A stretch of 64,000 nt of DNA from Marsupella aquatica (lineage: Eukaryota; Plantae; Marchantiophyta). Position 1 is the stretch's first letter, and each line of letters starts with the position of its first letter. The notes beneath the pieces are model-generated. The model was not told the origin of the DNA, ran no database searches, and saw nothing but the letters and a program-made list of their open reading frames with translations. Both the position numbers and the translations under genes were made by a program. Where the stretch lies: assembly GCA_973895155.1 (NCBI GenBank), contig OZ316893.1, positions 10,669,660 through 10,733,659 of the forward strand. The letters run 5' to 3'. This document shows, one piece after another, positions 62,171 through 64,000 of this stretch.

Positions 62171-63777
62171 TCACGAAAAAATGTCTTTTTTCAAAACTTC
62201 TCATAAAACTCAAAACTCAACACCACCGCGTAGCCCACGAAGCTAGGAGTCCAATACTGAAAGCCAAAATCAAAATCAAAATTCGACACAAAAGTTATTC
62301 AAATTTCGGTCGGGGTGGGTAAAACCTTGGGAAACTCCCCTGTTTTGACCACCTCGGAGAATAACCAAAATACCCAGTACAACCCGTCGTTGAAATTGCG
62401 ATGTGTTTGGTGCACCGCATTGCTAACTCCAATGGCAACGTCCTCGCCAAAAAAGAACCAAAAAAGTTACCATTCGGCGGACAGAATCTTTGTCGGACGG
62501 CCAAAAAACAGCTCTCTGTTTTTTTGGAAATATTCCCGCACAATCCGACAGGTCTCACAGGGGGCTGTTCCCCCTGTTGGAGTGGTTAAAACAGAGGGTG
62601 GCAGGTCCCGCTACAAGGAGAACAAAGCGGGAGGAAAAAAATGGCTATAAATGGGCACTAAAGGGGGTGCCAAAGCCCCTTAGCAAAAATACGCTCCAAA
62701 ACGCGCATCCGCGTATGCGCGACGTGAGGCGGGCCAGGCAGGGTATAAGGAGGGCGTATGGCCGGGGTGAGTATTTCCGTGTACGCGACTGGTAGTATAA
62801 GGGGCACGTTTAGGCGCAGGGCGCGGGGTCGCAGGTGAACACAGCCGCGGCAACTTGGGGTCGCGGTTGCAGGGCTGGCTGGATGTAAAGGGTGGGGCAC
62901 GGGCCGGCAGGCACGGGTGCGCATAAAGCGCCGGCCGGCGCTGCGTGATAGGGTCGGCCGAGGTCAAAAAAGCAATATACGGGGAGGGGGTATGTGGGGG
63001 TATGCGGGGCCGACCGGGCGTAAACGTGTGTGTACACACGTTTTTGTGTGTATACACACACCAAAAGTGCCCTAAACCCCCTCCTTTAAACCAAAAAAGA
63101 CCCTTAAAAGAAAAAATTGAATTTCTCACCTTGAGAGCCGCTGTTTAAAACGAGAAAAGCAAACGCCACCGACGGGAAAAGTTGTCGAATTGTACCGACA
63201 CAGTCTGTAGCTCCAGCAGAGTAAAAAAAATTCCGATGCGTCGCCTTCACTCCGCGTCAAGTGCCAATCCCGGGCTCAAAACAACCGCCTTGCCGCGATC
63301 AAACCGTTGAGCCGCAGCACTTTGCATTTCTTCCACTGAGTCGGACGTCACAAAGAGAAACCCAGTTCAGATGTAAACAAGCTCCATAGCTTGTGAAAAA
63401 ACCTGAACGCCTCTTTCACTCGTCACGACGCACTCGGTAACAACTCGGCAGCAATCCAGCTATCGAAATGACCAGCTCGCTTCAACCTTCAACTTGAGCG
63501 ATCCCCCGAACACCGCACAGCTCACTCCGTTGAAAAAACAATCTCTGGTCTCTCCCCCGAAAAGCGTCAAACACGAATAAAACCTGAATGACGCAAACTT
63601 CAATTCCTCCGCACCACAGATACCGATCAGCGAGTTCTAACCACCGTTAGAACGCCCTCTCACTAACCTATCTGCTCAACCACATACATTCGAGTTTCAT
63701 GCGATGAAACTCTGAATGTACCATCGACAATGAATGCTGGAAAACTGTCACGAAAAAACCTCATCACCTCCCAGGCA

Positions 63778-63790
63778 TGCTCTGATACCA
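63778..63790 (-). promoter_or_regulatory. Copia PBS complementary to tRNA-iMet
   Basis: Minus strand TGGTATCAGAGCA, 2 nt from the LTR. Confidence 0.92.
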
Positions 63791-63792
63791 CT

Positions 63793-63848
63793 TATTGAGC
63801 ATAGACGACATTCGCAACAACAAGCCCATGAACCATCCAATGCACAAT
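63793..63848 (-). repeat. PBS-proximal 56 bp of the copia 5' LTR; homology stops abruptly at 63849
   Basis: Matches 36863-36918, then unrelated sequence (tggtcattgcagaattgc...) to the window end. Confidence 0.85.
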
Positions 63849-64000
63849 TGGTCATTGCAGAATTGCTCTGAAGTCCAGTGTATATTTGGCAGCAAAATTT
63901 GTGCTTCATACTTACCTAATGGATCCCGTAAATGTGCAGGGACTCCAGGGAGGTTTGGACAATGCAATCCAAGCCGTTGGGGGAGATTAGGCCGTGGAGG

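Larger units (their letters stand above)
36863..63848 (-). mobile_element. Ty1/copia LTR retrotransposon (Tnt1/Tork-like), decayed, interrupted by nested elements
   Basis: 3' LTR 36863-37210; PPT 37211-37220; tRNA-iMet PBS 63778-63790; start of the matching LTR at 63793-63848; domain order gag-PR-IN-RT-RH. Confidence 0.95.

Overview
Eukaryotic land-plant genomic DNA. A bryophyte-like host is inferred from gene style only; the species cannot be determined. The left 36 kb holds a decayed L1-type LINE and spliced or unspliced host genes: fibrillin FBN4, an intronless UBC7-type E2, a stand-alone Vps62/DUF946-domain protein and three Bet v 1/PR-10-like paralogues. These are mixed with minisatellites, solo LTRs and a MITE. 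The right 27 kb is a nested TE stack. A Ty1/copia element (minus strand, 36863-63848) is split in its RT by a 20.4-kb Ty3/gypsy-type element (38347-58742), which itself carries a 10.5-kb Kolobok-like DNA transposon (39415-49868) and a 639-bp MITE. The gypsy element is the main highlight, for two reasons. (i) Its polyprotein has a C5 cytosine DNA methyltransferase between protease and RT, and a PHD finger after integrase. (ii) Its terminal repeats are permuted (A1-internal-B1-gc-A2-B2) around a palindromic GACA-GC-TGTC site, with a candidate self-priming PBS. This suggests a DDE integrase inserting a 2-LTR circle opened inside the LTR. All TE ORFs are decayed (stops, frameshifts). All alignments and mismatch counts were done by eye.
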